Source of the DNA: Raillietiella orientalis
Taxonomy: Eukaryota
Reading direction: 5' to 3'
Length of the DNA: 64,000 nucleotides
Assembly: GCA_036172245.1 (NCBI GenBank)
Contig: JAYWIR010000049.1
Coordinates: 248,001-312,000, forward strand
Shown here: piece by piece, positions 12,561-23,830 of the stretch
How the letters are laid out: every line of letters begins with the position of its first letter
How positions within the stretch are numbered: the stretch's first letter is position 1
Program-made: the position numbers and the translations under genes
Notes under the pieces: generated by a model
What the model saw: the letters and a program-made list of their open reading frames with translations, nothing else
Told to the model about the DNA's origin: nothing
The model's database searches: none

Positions 12561-13119
12561 AGGGAGGAACCGTTAACTCATAAGGGGATGAAATCCACGT
12601 AGGACTTTGTGGTCCGAGGCCGCAGGTTAGGATCGTCTACCAGCTCGCTCTCCATGCCCCCAGCCATCGAAAAGTCATGTGACTCCAGTAGTCCGGTGAT
12701 GAAGAACTCCCAGGTTGGCACTGCTGCTGCTTGTCATCAGGTCAGACAGACCAGACGTAGCAACCCCCATCCAGCCCTGCAGGGCGTTTCCGAGCGGCTC
12801 GCGCGGAAGGAGCAGGTTCGAAGGAGACCAAGTCTCCCCTGGACCATACTTCCAGGGGTGGCAATCCAGGTCTCAACCGCTTCCTGACGTGACGCATTCC
12901 AGGTGGCAGGAGGCAGCTGTGACCTTCCGTAAGCAAAGTTAGGTGCCTTAACGGGTAGCCGAATCCTAGCATTTCCGGAGGCTATCTTGAATTCCGCTTT
13001 CTCTCGTCGCAGAGCTACGGTTTCTGCGATGTCTCACGGGAGCTATAGCTCATCTCATCTCGGTTCTTACCCGGTTACGCCGGGCTGTTTTTTTCAAAAA
13101 AACTACAAGTCGGAGGGGA

Positions 13120-13900
13120 GACGAACCCTAAAACAACAAGAAATACCAAAAAAAAAAAGCTCATTCGGGTTAACCACCGGCACTCAAGTCGGCTTCCTGG
13201 ACGTAGGAAACGGAGGGAGGAGACAATAATCAAATAAAAATAGACGGGAGGGTGGAGACGGGGATCTTTGGTTGAAGACATTCCTTTCCTTCTAGAAGCG
13301 GTTCTGAACGGTGGCAATCTCCCTGGCGACTTTTTCTGGAAGATGAGGCCACCTTGCTGCTGTCCTCACGAGGGCTGCTGCCATGCTGGTGGCCTCTCTC
13401 TGCCGCGGACCTGACTTTAACACGTGGCGGATGTCACTATCACTCTGATTGCAACAGACTGTTGCACGCCCAGCGCTTCTTCAGCCCTCCTCCGGTGGAG
13501 AAGAGTCGCAGCAAGTCCTAATCCAAAAGTCCTGCGATTTCCAGAGTACCGAAACGAGCAGTCCAACGGAAGGTGTCCAACATCTTCAACAGTTCGGGGA
13601 GGCAACTCCTCAGTGCGAAACCAGGTGCCTTCTTTAATTGCACTGCAATCTCCAGCTCAGAAACAGCAGAACATCCTGTTTCCATCGGATCGGGAACACG
13701 GAGATGGCCATACACAGGGAAGAGACAACGAGTTCTTCGGGGAGCATACCCAGCAGTTCGCTTGAGTGGAGCATGGACGCAAACCTGCTCTTTGCGAACA
13801 CCTGGTTTGAATTCCAGCGGAGAAGAGAGAACGAAAGGAACACGGTCAGAACCCCATTTCTGAGACGTCCACCGGTGATGGTCGGGAAGGAGAGGGTGCC
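13120..13900 (-). mobile_element. LINE 3' end (zf-RVT region and 3' UTR)
   Basis: SPNC*RC..DC relic. 13285-13440 is repeated at 18340-18490, and 13440-13760 at ~19430-19780. Confidence 0.6.
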
Positions 13901-13914
13901 CTTGAGTTCGCAGT

Positions 13915-14125
13915 CGACTTGCAGGAAGCAGTCGACTTCGTAGACCAGGAACTTCTTCTGGAACTCCCGGAACACCTGGTCTCTTTGAAGGAGTTCCTGC
14001 GCTCTTGCTGGCGCGACGCGCTAAACATTTATTTCAGTGGACGTAACGTGTACGATGTGCAGGTGAGTCTCAAGATACTGCAGGGCGACAACCTGAGTCC
14101 CTTGTTCTTCAGCACCTACTTCGGT
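13915..14125 (+). mobile_element. LINE reverse transcriptase core fragment
   Basis: EAVDFVDQELL (KAFDxVDH-like) and ILQGDNLSPLFF (QGDxLSP motif at 14081-14101). Confidence 0.8.
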
Positions 14126-14797
14126 GCTAAGGGAGCACAGGGAGACTACAGCTCGCTTTGCCTAAACCTGGACATGCCACACGCTTGCCCAGGCACATTG
14201 GCTGTCAGCATGTGTACGATCTTCTACTGCTGCTCCACATGTCCACCCCGGTGTCGGCGCTCGAAGATTTTCTCGAGCTGTCAAGCCTCGGGACAGGCCG
14301 CTCGCCGAGGTCGTCGGGCACGCGCTTAGGCGGTCCCGGATGAGGATCCGGGCACTCCAAGGACTCTGGACGCCGTCATGGCATTCGTCTCCCTTGGCAA
14401 CCGAGGAGGGAGAAGGCAGTCGGGAAACGCGCCTGCTTGGTCGGGGGCTCACGGTCACTCGCATGTAACGCACGCATAGCACGGCCCCCACCTCGCAAGC
14501 CGTTCGTCGCGCACTGAGCCGGCAAGCCTCCGCGGCCTCCATGGAGATGCCTGGAAGCGATGAGGGAGAGGGAGAGGGAGGGGGAAGGAAGCACGTCGCT
14601 GCGTGCCGAAGACCACCAACAACAACTCTCGTCTCTTTTTTTTTTTCTTTTTCTGAGGGCTAAATTTTTGTTTTTTTTTGTTTTTTTGTTGGCCGCCGCC
14701 TCCTTTCCTTCTTTTCGGCGACACAGTCGCTCCTAGCGCACCGTCGTCGTTGGAGACGGGAGGGAGAGAAAGGGTGGGATGGAGTGGAAGGCACTTA

Positions 14798-15430
14798 TCA
14801 GGAGGCGACGCGGCGGCAATGGTGGATGTGGTGACACTGGTGGCTGCCGCTGAGCTAGTCCTGCACGGCCCTGTACAGCTTCTCGCTGCTGCGGATGTCC
14901 TCCTGCAGCTCCCTGGCGCCGACCATCAGCACTTTCCTGCGGCGCAGGAAGCGCTCGTGGGCGCGCAGGTCCTCGGCCAGGACACCGAGCCCCCGCAGCA
15001 CGCGGCGCAGCTCCCCGCCACGCTCGTCCGCGCTCTGCTTCAGCCTCATGGTCTCGCGCAGCTACTCGTTCAAGTTCTCGCGCCTGGTCTCAAGCGGTTT
15101 CTTGGCGACGGACGATCCCTCGTCGAGGATGGCGTTCTCGGTCCGTGTCAGCTGCGCGAAGAGCAACAGCAGCAGCGATAGCACCGTGGCCAGCTCGCAT
15201 GCCAACCGGGCGTAGCGATCGCACTCGACAGAGAGCGTCCGCGCACGCAGACGCTCCATGAGGTTCGCTCCCAGGCGGTCGTTCCCCTCAGTGCTGTGCT
15301 GGAGAGCCGCCGCATCGGAGCGCAGGATGTCCAGCTTGCAGCCGAGACACGTCAGGAATTCCATTTTCTTCGGCACCAGCGAGTGCTCGTCGGGAGTATC
15401 ACAGAGAGGAGCTTCGCACCCGTTGCTGGC
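14798..15430 (-). pseudogene. Shroom: Shroom ASD2/SD2 (Rho-kinase-binding) domain core, intronless, with two in-frame TAG stops
   Basis: LVPKKMEFLTCLGCKLDILRS..NDRLG..ECDRY..ELATVLSLLLLLFAQLTRTENAI..LETRRENLNE*LRETMRLKQSADER..HERFLRRRKVLMVGARELQEDIRSSEKLY follows the ASD2 pattern as I recall it (KKxEL..KL.VL..N..LG..DLEKVV.LLL.L..RLARVENAL..REL.DKI..EEQL). TAG stops at 15062-15064 and 14855-14857; TGA at 14798-14800. Confidence 0.85.
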
Positions 15431-15479
15431 CGGGGACGACGGGAGACGTCCAGGAGGAACTGCCGGCGCAGAACCGCAG

Positions 15480-15720
15480 CACTTCGGGCTCCAGCAGTCG
15501 TTCGCGGGCCAGAAGAATTCGTTTAGGCCCAAGTTCCTGGAAGATGCGGAGGCGTTTCCCGCCAAGCTCAGCTGGCAGAAGCAGCAGGAGGAGATCGAGT
15601 GCGAAGAGCTCGGCAGGAGCATCGCCTGCGACCTGGACAGGAGCGACCGGCTCTACTCGCTGCTGGTGCCTCGGAGCGGCAGCTTGCGGCCGTTCCGAGG
15701 TGAACAGGTGCGAACAGGCC
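15480..15720 (+). pseudogene. Shroom: Inverted upstream part of the Shroom ASD2 region
   Basis: Plus-strand LSWQKQQEEIECEELGRSIACDLDRSDRLYSLLVP (15567-15671) resembles the EEIECExLSRDL..L..LL.P motif that precedes the SD2 core in arthropod Shroom. Confidence 0.7.
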
Positions 15721-15759
15721 GAAAATGGTCCGTAGTAGGAGTCGGTTCGGCGTGAGCAA

Positions 15760-16760
15760 GGTGGCTGAAATTGATCCCCACGGTTCGCTACTTTAAGTAC
15801 CTCGGGGTATCGTTATAGGACTATTCTGAGGCGGACGAGTGATCCAGCCGCCTTCAGAAGGCAGAATTGGAGACCGGCCCGTTCTGTAATGGCAAGTTTC
15901 TCTTGCTGGAACGGGCCGCGGTGTAGAGCACGTTTGCGACCCCCCCCTTATGCCCCCTGATATTTGTTTGTCCCCTACCTAGTAGCATTAAAAAGCGGAC
16001 GAAAGACCTCATGAGAATTGCCCTGTGGGGCACAGGGAGGCCCGGAGTCCACGTGAAGGACTTGTGGTCTCCTAATCGCGACGGATGCCTCCGTCTCCTG
16101 ACGCTAAGGCGCCTGGAAAGGCAGATCCCGTGGAAGACGTTTGCCATAGTGGCGGAGATTTGCAGCATGGAGTGATGCGAGCCCGCGCGAAAGCCGGTCA
16201 AGCGTGACACCGGCTTCGCGAGACTGTCTTCGTTCTGCAAAGGCGGCTCTAGCTCAAGGTGTCCAGCTGCGGACTGGAGTTCCAGCAAGTGGCCAAGATG
16301 ACGAGGACAACATAGCAATTCTCTGACGTGGCGTCAGCACACCTCAAGGCACGTCTGTCGCGAAGTGACAGGGTTTGACTCAGAGTGAGCAAGTGAAAAG
16401 TCAAGGAAGGCTGGACCGCCGCCCCAGTCGTATAGACCGGGCTGAGAATGGAGAGAGATCCCGGGCTGAGCCAGGTCGAGAAGCTTGCTTAGCGCCCGCT
16501 AGCAAGTTTTCGCGTTTTCCATAGCAAGAAATCCGTTTTTCGTGGGGACCTGTTTTGACTGCTGGGAAGCTCTGCGTTCTCTCGCAAGGGAGATGCACAT
16601 TGTGGAGAGCCCCCCCGTGTCGGGTCTGAGGTGGAAGAGAGGAGGAGAAGAAGAGGGTGAAACTGCCCACTACTCCTGCCGGACTGCGGATACTTCACTT
16701 GGGGATGAGAAGTGAGCTGTTCGTCATCACTACAGGCATCTCCAGAACGCCCATTGGAAT
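15760..16760 (+). mobile_element. LINE ORF2 distal part (RT end to zf-RVT), decayed
   Basis: FKYLGV at 15792-15809, KDLWSPNRDG.LRL (GGLG-like), and a zf-RVT-like relic near 16620-16690. 16055-16300 is paralogous to 19787-20030. Confidence 0.7.
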
Positions 16761-19429
16761 TCCGCAAACCTCAGTCGGGCGAACAGTTGCTTTGGGAGGG
16801 ATATTTGGTGTTCCTTCGTCAGTAAGATGAGGCGCAGTGATTCTCCGAGTCTCCTCAGACTCCAGTTTGCAGAAACTCTCGTTACCTTTCCTGTAGGATG
16901 GCGCCATCGCAAGCGGCGGAGCGCACTGCGGCTTTAAGGGTGGCGTTGGCGCGTTCCCACTTCTCCGTCGCAGCTCTTGAAAGGGCTCTGTCCCAAGTCG
17001 TCCGCTGGGATGGAGCTGCTCTGGGTTGGTCCAAGAGACCCACGCACACACACCTGCAGCCTACTACCAGAGAATACCAGAGAACACTGTCCGCGACAGT
17101 CTGAGAAAGAGGACCGGAACTTGCAATTTATCCAGCATCAGCACTCCGAGTCCGGCATCGCGATGCAGAGTCAGCAGGTCTTTTAGACTCACCCGGGACC
17201 TCGTCCTTGCCCACGGGACTTTTCGGAGAAGTCGTTCTTTTCGGCTTCGTAAGGAGGGGGAAAGAGGTTAGCTGAACTCCAAGGCAGCCGTTTGCGAAAA
17301 ATTCCACCTACGGCAATCTCTCCAGCGCATCTCCCTCCAGCGTTGGCGGCGGACCCCGCGGCGCTGCGTGGCTGATGATGTCAGGTGTGACCCAAGCAGC
17401 TATCAGTTACAACCCTTATGCAAGTAGCGTTCTAATAAACCACGAAGAGCTCCTCAGGATCTCAGGAAAAATACACAACCCTTTCTAAAATGCTCTTGTG
17501 AATAAATACAGCAGGAGGTGATCTATCTCTCTATATACAAATATGCATATGTATGTCCATACAAATATGCACGTTGACGTCATGCCACAAATCTGCATTT
17601 CGTTATAGAAATTACAATTATAAACTGTCCCCAGATAATTATAGAAAATTCAGATTTATAGAAAGCAAAGCATTTAAAACCGGCTTCCTCGAGAGCGAAT
17701 CGGCGGCGTGACGTCAACACACGGCATCAACATAGCTTAAAAGCAGCCAGCCCTCGAACTTCACCATGCGACGAAAGGTAGGGCGCACTATATGAGAGAC
17801 CACTTCAGTATCTACTTGAGTTCTTCTACGAGACGGAGTGCTTGCTGTGTTTGAGGGGCACAGTTTTTGCTGAGGAGCTCTCTGGGAACCCGCAAGGTCC
17901 GGGATCCGCCTTGAAGACTCCGCGGCGGGATGTCGGCTTGGACATCTTGATCCTGGAGAGGATCGGGCTACAAGTGCTGTTCTGAATGCTGATACTCTAA
18001 GACAAGCTGTGGACTTTCCCGATCTGTGTGTCTGCATGTGTCATCCTGCAGAGATGCTCCAGCAGCGAAGCACTGGTCTCGCTGTTTCTGGGCACCCGCA
18101 ACAGAATGCGGGGTATCGACTTCCCACACAGGCAACTCGCTTCTCTAGTGGTAGTCTAAACGTGGATCTCCTACAGCCCAATGAACTACAATGCTTGGCG
18201 GCAGGAGGCTGTTGAACCCTGGGAATGCGTTCTGAAGATCTTCACCCCCTGCGGCATCAGTTACCACGCCCACTAGAGATAGTGATGCAGGACATGGTAA
18301 AGTTTTGGACCCTACCGCCACAGTTCTTGCCGCTTCCCTTTCCTTCTAGAAGTGGCTCTGGACGGTGGCGATGTTCTGGAGACTTCTGGCAGATGAGGCC
18401 ACCTTACTGCTACCCTCATGAGGGCTGCTGTCATACTGGTGGCCTTTCTTCGCTTCCAACCTGACTCCAAGACACGGGGCTGTCACTATGGAGCTGGTTT
18501 CACACCTGGATGTGCCGGAGCATTTGTTCCTCTTGCAGGAATCGATGGGGCCGAAAGGTCCACCGATTTGAATTATTACATTAGGAAAAAGTAGGGGAGC
18601 CGGAGGGGTCGATCACGTGCAACAAGAAGAAAAGGAATGAAACAAAATTAGAACAAAAAGAAAACGAACTATAACAAACAATAAAGATCAACAAAACAAC
18701 AAGCAAAAACTAATTGGGGGAAAGGGGGATCGCATTTTGTGATGGGTGAAGCCTCTGCATCCGTTGAAGGAGGCCGGCGAGCTCTTGCTTCTGCCTTCCG
18801 AGGTGGGGCCACCTCAGAGCTATCTGCAGGTAGCGGATGGCATGCAGGACAGCCCCCCGTCGCTTCGGCTTCCCTCGGCGTTGCACTTGCCACGACGATA
18901 CCGCGCACTCAGCACAGCGCTGCGATTGAGGTTGCGGACGTCATGGCCTCCCGCACGAAGAGGGGTCTCAAAGAGTCTCTGGAATCGTCCACGGGGTGAG
19001 GAAGGGACGCGGACGTTCCCACAAGACCCGAAGGTGGTAAAATGTCTCCATCTCTCCACACCTGGCGCAGTTCGACGATGCGCTTCCCTTGGACTAGTTG
19101 TGCCGGCGCGCATTGCAAGAGATACCCCAGTGCTGTATCGGCAGCGCCGATTGCTGACATTTGAGGAGAAGCAGCTTTCTTTTTTATAAACACGGAAGTT
19201 ACTTTCAACTCTTCAGGCTGAATGGAGATGAGTTCGTCCAAGCGCTCTAGTCCTTTGGAGACGGTTCTCTCTTTTGCCGCATTAGTCAGCTGACGAGGAT
19301 TCCAGCCACCGATAAACTTTTCGCGGGTGGAGATCTCGCAGGAAACCTTCGTCGGTAGGCAGGTGCCATGTATCCTGACAGCAAAAGGACTCCGCTGCAG
19401 TGAAGGAGGTAGCTGGTGGTTAGGCCAAC

Positions 19430-20480
19430 ATGGCGCTGATTGCAGTGGATTCTTGCAATCACACACTCTTCTTCAGCCCGCTTCCAGTGAAGAGTCGCAG
19501 CAAGTCCGGAGCTGGGGGTCCTTCAAAGCAAGTCTCTGCCACAAGTTCTGCAAGGAACTGCAGTCCAACAGGAGATGACAGGAGATGAGGAAGCGATTTT
19601 GTCGCCCTGCACCTTCAACAGTTCGGGGAGACAGCTTCACCGGCAACCAGGGATCTTCGCCGATTGCACTGGAATCCCCAGTTTCGAAACGGCAGAGCGT
19701 CCAGTTTCCAGCGTAATGGGAACATGGAGGTGCCCTCACACAGGGAAGGGACCACGAGTTCTTTGTGGGGATCCCGAGTCCTCCTGAAGGACTTGTGCGC
19801 TCCTCGTCGCGACGGAGGCCTCTGTCTCCTGACGCTGGAGCACCTCGAGCGGCAGCTCTCGTGGAGGGCGTTTGGCTTAGTGGCGAAGATTTGCCGCTCG
19901 AAGTGATGCGAGCCCGCGCTACGACTGCTGAAGCGAGTCACCGTCTACGCCGAACTGTCTTGGTTACTAGAATGGCAGTGCCTACGCAACATGTTCAGCT
20001 GCGGACTGGAGCCCCGGCGAGTGGTCAAACTGACCAGGACCAACAACTGGATCTTCTGCCGGCCCGTGAACGGTAGTGCCTGGCTGCAGGAAATCGTTTT
20101 CACATGAGCCAAAAGCAACGAAGAGAGCCCGGGGACGCGGCAGCGACTGCTGCACTCTGTCTACAGCAACCGCATGCAGCAGGACGACATCGTGCAGCGC
20201 ACCGCGTGTACTTGGGTGCAAAAACCCTCGCTATTTGCGGCACTGCTCTCCATCAGGGAGCACTTGGGCAGTAACTAGCCGGCCAAATGTGAGATCCGAT
20301 GCGAGATCGGAAGAGCGAAGGAATTAGGTGAATAGACCACGGGCCAGCTAACGGACGCTGCGACCCGAGGTGTCCCACCGAAAGGAATATTGAAGTAGGC
20401 TGCTGGGAATCTCATAGGAAGATCTCGAGTGGCCTCCAGTGCTGAAGAACTATCGAATCCTCCCCCTGAAGTGGCGGAAG
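19430..20480. mobile_element. Divergently joined LINE fragments: zf-RVT on minus (19430-19785) abutting upstream ORF2 on plus (19787-20480)
   Basis: The minus part matches 13440-13760. The plus part encodes KDLCAPRRDGGLCLL and matches 16055-16300 and ~5415-5470. Confidence 0.65.
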
Positions 20481-22899
20481 TAGTCACTTCTGCTGTTGCA
20501 CTGGGGTATTTCGTGGAACTCCCGCCGGTCTCACTGGACCTGGAGGGCTGTGGACCCTAGCTGTTGAAGGTACGGATAACAGGAATCCCTCCCACACTTG
20601 CTTGTAAACTGTGTTTTTTTCTGGCCCCTGTGGTTGCATTACGCAACGACCTTTGGTGCATCGACGGACAATCCCAGGGACGTTTTGATGCGCCTCTTCG
20701 TGCGCGGTGCCTTTCCCTTGCCGCATCCTCAGCAGCAAAAGTCCTGCGCTTCCAGTGCCTCACCGGAGAATGTGGTGAGCCGAAACACATCAATAAAAGG
20801 ACCACAGTTTCCCACACAGAAGGAGAAAGCGTAACTGCATCTGCATTCCGACCTTCTCAATGGTCAGAATGTCTAAGCCAGGGTCCTGGAGAGACCTACC
20901 CCGTCATTCAGTCTAATCCGGGATCTTGGAGCGTCTCACAAGGTTTTCGTAGGACGCGCTGCGCCCAGATCTTTACTGAATGAGGTGGCAAACAAACAAA
21001 AAGTAAGGGACGGAGGAAAAGGCAGGAACCAAAGTGTTCGATGTGGAGGTGAGCTCTGGCAGGACGAACTTACCATCGAGGAATGGGTAAAGGGCCATCT
21101 ATGCCTTTTGAGGGCATTTCATTTCGGGAGCGCTGGACGTCTTCCATCCTACGTCCCTTGCAATCTTGCAGGCCACTTTCCTTGCAGGCTATGCAAATCT
21201 TCCGTCTTGCCACATCTTTCATTGTCAGCACGGTAGATGCAACGTCCGCGAGGGCGTTTAGCCGATGGTCTACCCCAGGTGCAGCCATTTCTTTTTCCGG
21301 AGAGTGTAGCTGCCCTCGTAGAGGAATCACGAGGGATGCTTGGAGCTTGCTCCTCCACTGCCGCGGGTAGACCCGGTATTGCAGTACCTCATCCCTCTTG
21401 TGTGTTCCTGAGGCAGCAGTTTCAGTTTCTGCCTTTTCCACCGTTCCAGTCCCGCACGTGGCTCGCACGTGGCCCCAGACGATCGCGGCGAAGCATCGAA
21501 ACTTTTTGGAATGTCTTCCTTCCTTTACGGAAAATCCTGCCAGGCTTTCTCATCCAGCGCTATTCCTAAGCGGCCATGATTTGCCTAGCGGGAATCTGAT
21601 CTTTTTGTCTAGTGTCGAGAAGGTGAAGGGCCGCGTTCGTGTTTCCACTCCACCACAAGCGGCGCAGGAATCACTGCGAGCCCGTTCATCATGCCACTGA
21701 TCATATGCACGGTGGTCGACTGGAGGCTGACCCGTCCGGCTTCGGCTTTAGAGGGACGTCAGCGAGCACGGGCAGCATGGCAGCCAACGAGATCTAAAAA
21801 TACAGCGCGATCGACTGGAAACAGGCCCGCCTTGCATATCCTGTGAAACGTAAAGTGGCATTCCCTCAGGGGGTCAAATGGCACTTCTTCTAGAGGTCAG
21901 CCATTATTAACTCGGGAGGTAAACTGGCATTGTCTTGGGAAGTCGAATGCCGTTTCCCTTGGGTTGTAAACTGGAATTTCTTTAGTAGATCAAGTATTGC
22001 TTTCACGCGAGGTCAAGTGGCCCACACTCTCAGTCTTCCCAAGTGGATGCGCGAGCGATCCTGCGATCCCTTCCCGGAAGGGGGCAGCTGGGGAAAAAAA
22101 ATTGCGGGAAGAGCTCCACCGCGTGCTGCCCTCTTGGGGGGAGGAGGGATGTCGAATTGCCTGCAGAGAAGCTGCGCCTCTTGTTCCCTACTGATCCTGT
22201 TTCCAGGGTTGGACGCGGTCGCGAGAGACCCCTACATGCTTTCCCACGCAAAAAGGATGTCCGAAAGAGTTGAAATCGCCGCAGGCCTTCCGCCACTCGC
22301 AGGAGACCGCGCGCGTGCCTGAGGCGCATGTGGATCGGGGAGGCGCTGCGTGTTTCCTGGTTCGCTGACCCAACTCAGAACTTCTTCGAGTGGTCGGCTG
22401 CCATTAACTCGGAAGGTGGGCTGTCTTTGTCTTGGGAAGTTCCCTGAATAGAAGATATGTGCTACAGCTTCACCCCGGCCGCCGCCAGGACGTCAAGACC
22501 CTACGTCACAGCTCGGGGCAGCCATGCCAGATCCCACAGAGGCTTTCCTGGGTCTTGTTTTGCGGAATGGAAGGAGATGCGAAGGCGCGGATGGCGAGCG
22601 AAGAGCAGAACAGGAGAGTTGGAGATGGAACGTGCAGCAGGAAACACTCGTGGTTTGCAGTGCCCCTGCCGTCCGGGGAGGTTCTCTGACCATCGATTCT
22701 GCCGAGAGGGAGACACCAACCGCGCGCGAGGACCGCATCTGCTGAGGACTCAGAGCGGAGAGAGTTGCCAGGCAACGTGCGGGAAGCTCCCACCCTATCT
22801 CCGAAGCGCGGCTAACGGCAGGACGGTTTCTCAGGGCATCTCCCCCTCCTCCTCATGAAGGGCTTCCAGACAGCGAAGAAATAGTCGGTCGCGGAGGCT

Positions 22900-23830
22900 A
22901 GCCGCCCTGTGCTCCTCCTCCAGAGAGGGCGCAGAACATACGAGAAGAGGAACCGGACGCACTTGCACTCATGGAGTTCAAGAGCACATCAGTCGGCCCT
23001 CAAGCCTCTATGGCAGAGGCTCTGGGCGCCATGGCCTAGACTGGAGGACTGGACGTGTCGGAAGATCGGAAGATGCAAGGGAAAAGGGAGAAGGAAATTC
23101 TTCTTCGTCGCCCGTGACAACTCACCCGACAAACTCTCGCCGTACACAACTGGAACGCCAGAGCGTGCAGAAGAACGTGGCCTGCCGCTTCGAATTCTAC
23201 TTCTCGACCACTGCAGGAACAATCTTAGGGGATGGAAGCGTAGTGAACTCGCCGGGAACACGAAGGACTTTCATGAACAAGTTAAAGTTAATGGTCCATG
23301 AGCGCAAGGAGGAAAGACCTTTGCAGAAACTGGTTCCTCGTCCGTCACTTGTTGCAGTACCGATGTTCCAGTGCGTCATCTCCAGGCGACGGACTTCAAG
23401 ATGCGCTTTGCATGAAGAACGAAGGAAAGCAGCAAAAAGAACAGCTGAAGGGTAAAACTTCCAGCAAGCGGACGAGGCGGGCAATCTTTTGTGCATCAGA
23501 AGTGCATGGCCGGCGAAGTGGGGGAGTCCTTAGAGTAAAGGTGTTACATCTTCACAATTTCTGCCAGCTTCGTGTCCCACTCGCATGAAGTCATGGAGCC
23601 ACTTCTGAAAATCTTTCGCCTGCATCTGCAGCAGTTGACGTGGGCTGCTCTTGGATTCCCAGCTTCTGGAAGATTTCTTTATGGGTCTCCATTACATATA
23701 TAGTGTATACTGGGGTCAATTGCGAGGCGCCTCGCTTCATCGAAGTGTGGCAGCGAGATCTCCAGCTTTCGCATCGCCACTTCGGTTTGGGTATCCAAAG
23801 AGCCTATCAGGACGCCAACAGTCTCTCGAT
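22900..23830 (+). mobile_element. Decayed LINE ORF2 fragments
   Basis: L1-like peptide relics such as PRFIEVWQRDLQLSHRHFGLGI, with multiple stops and frameshifts. Confidence 0.4.

Noticed and set aside
14855..15064. TAG reassignment (alternative genetic code)
   Set aside because: None of the ~609 codons of the intact Sidestep-like gene is an in-frame TAG, so pseudogenisation is simpler.
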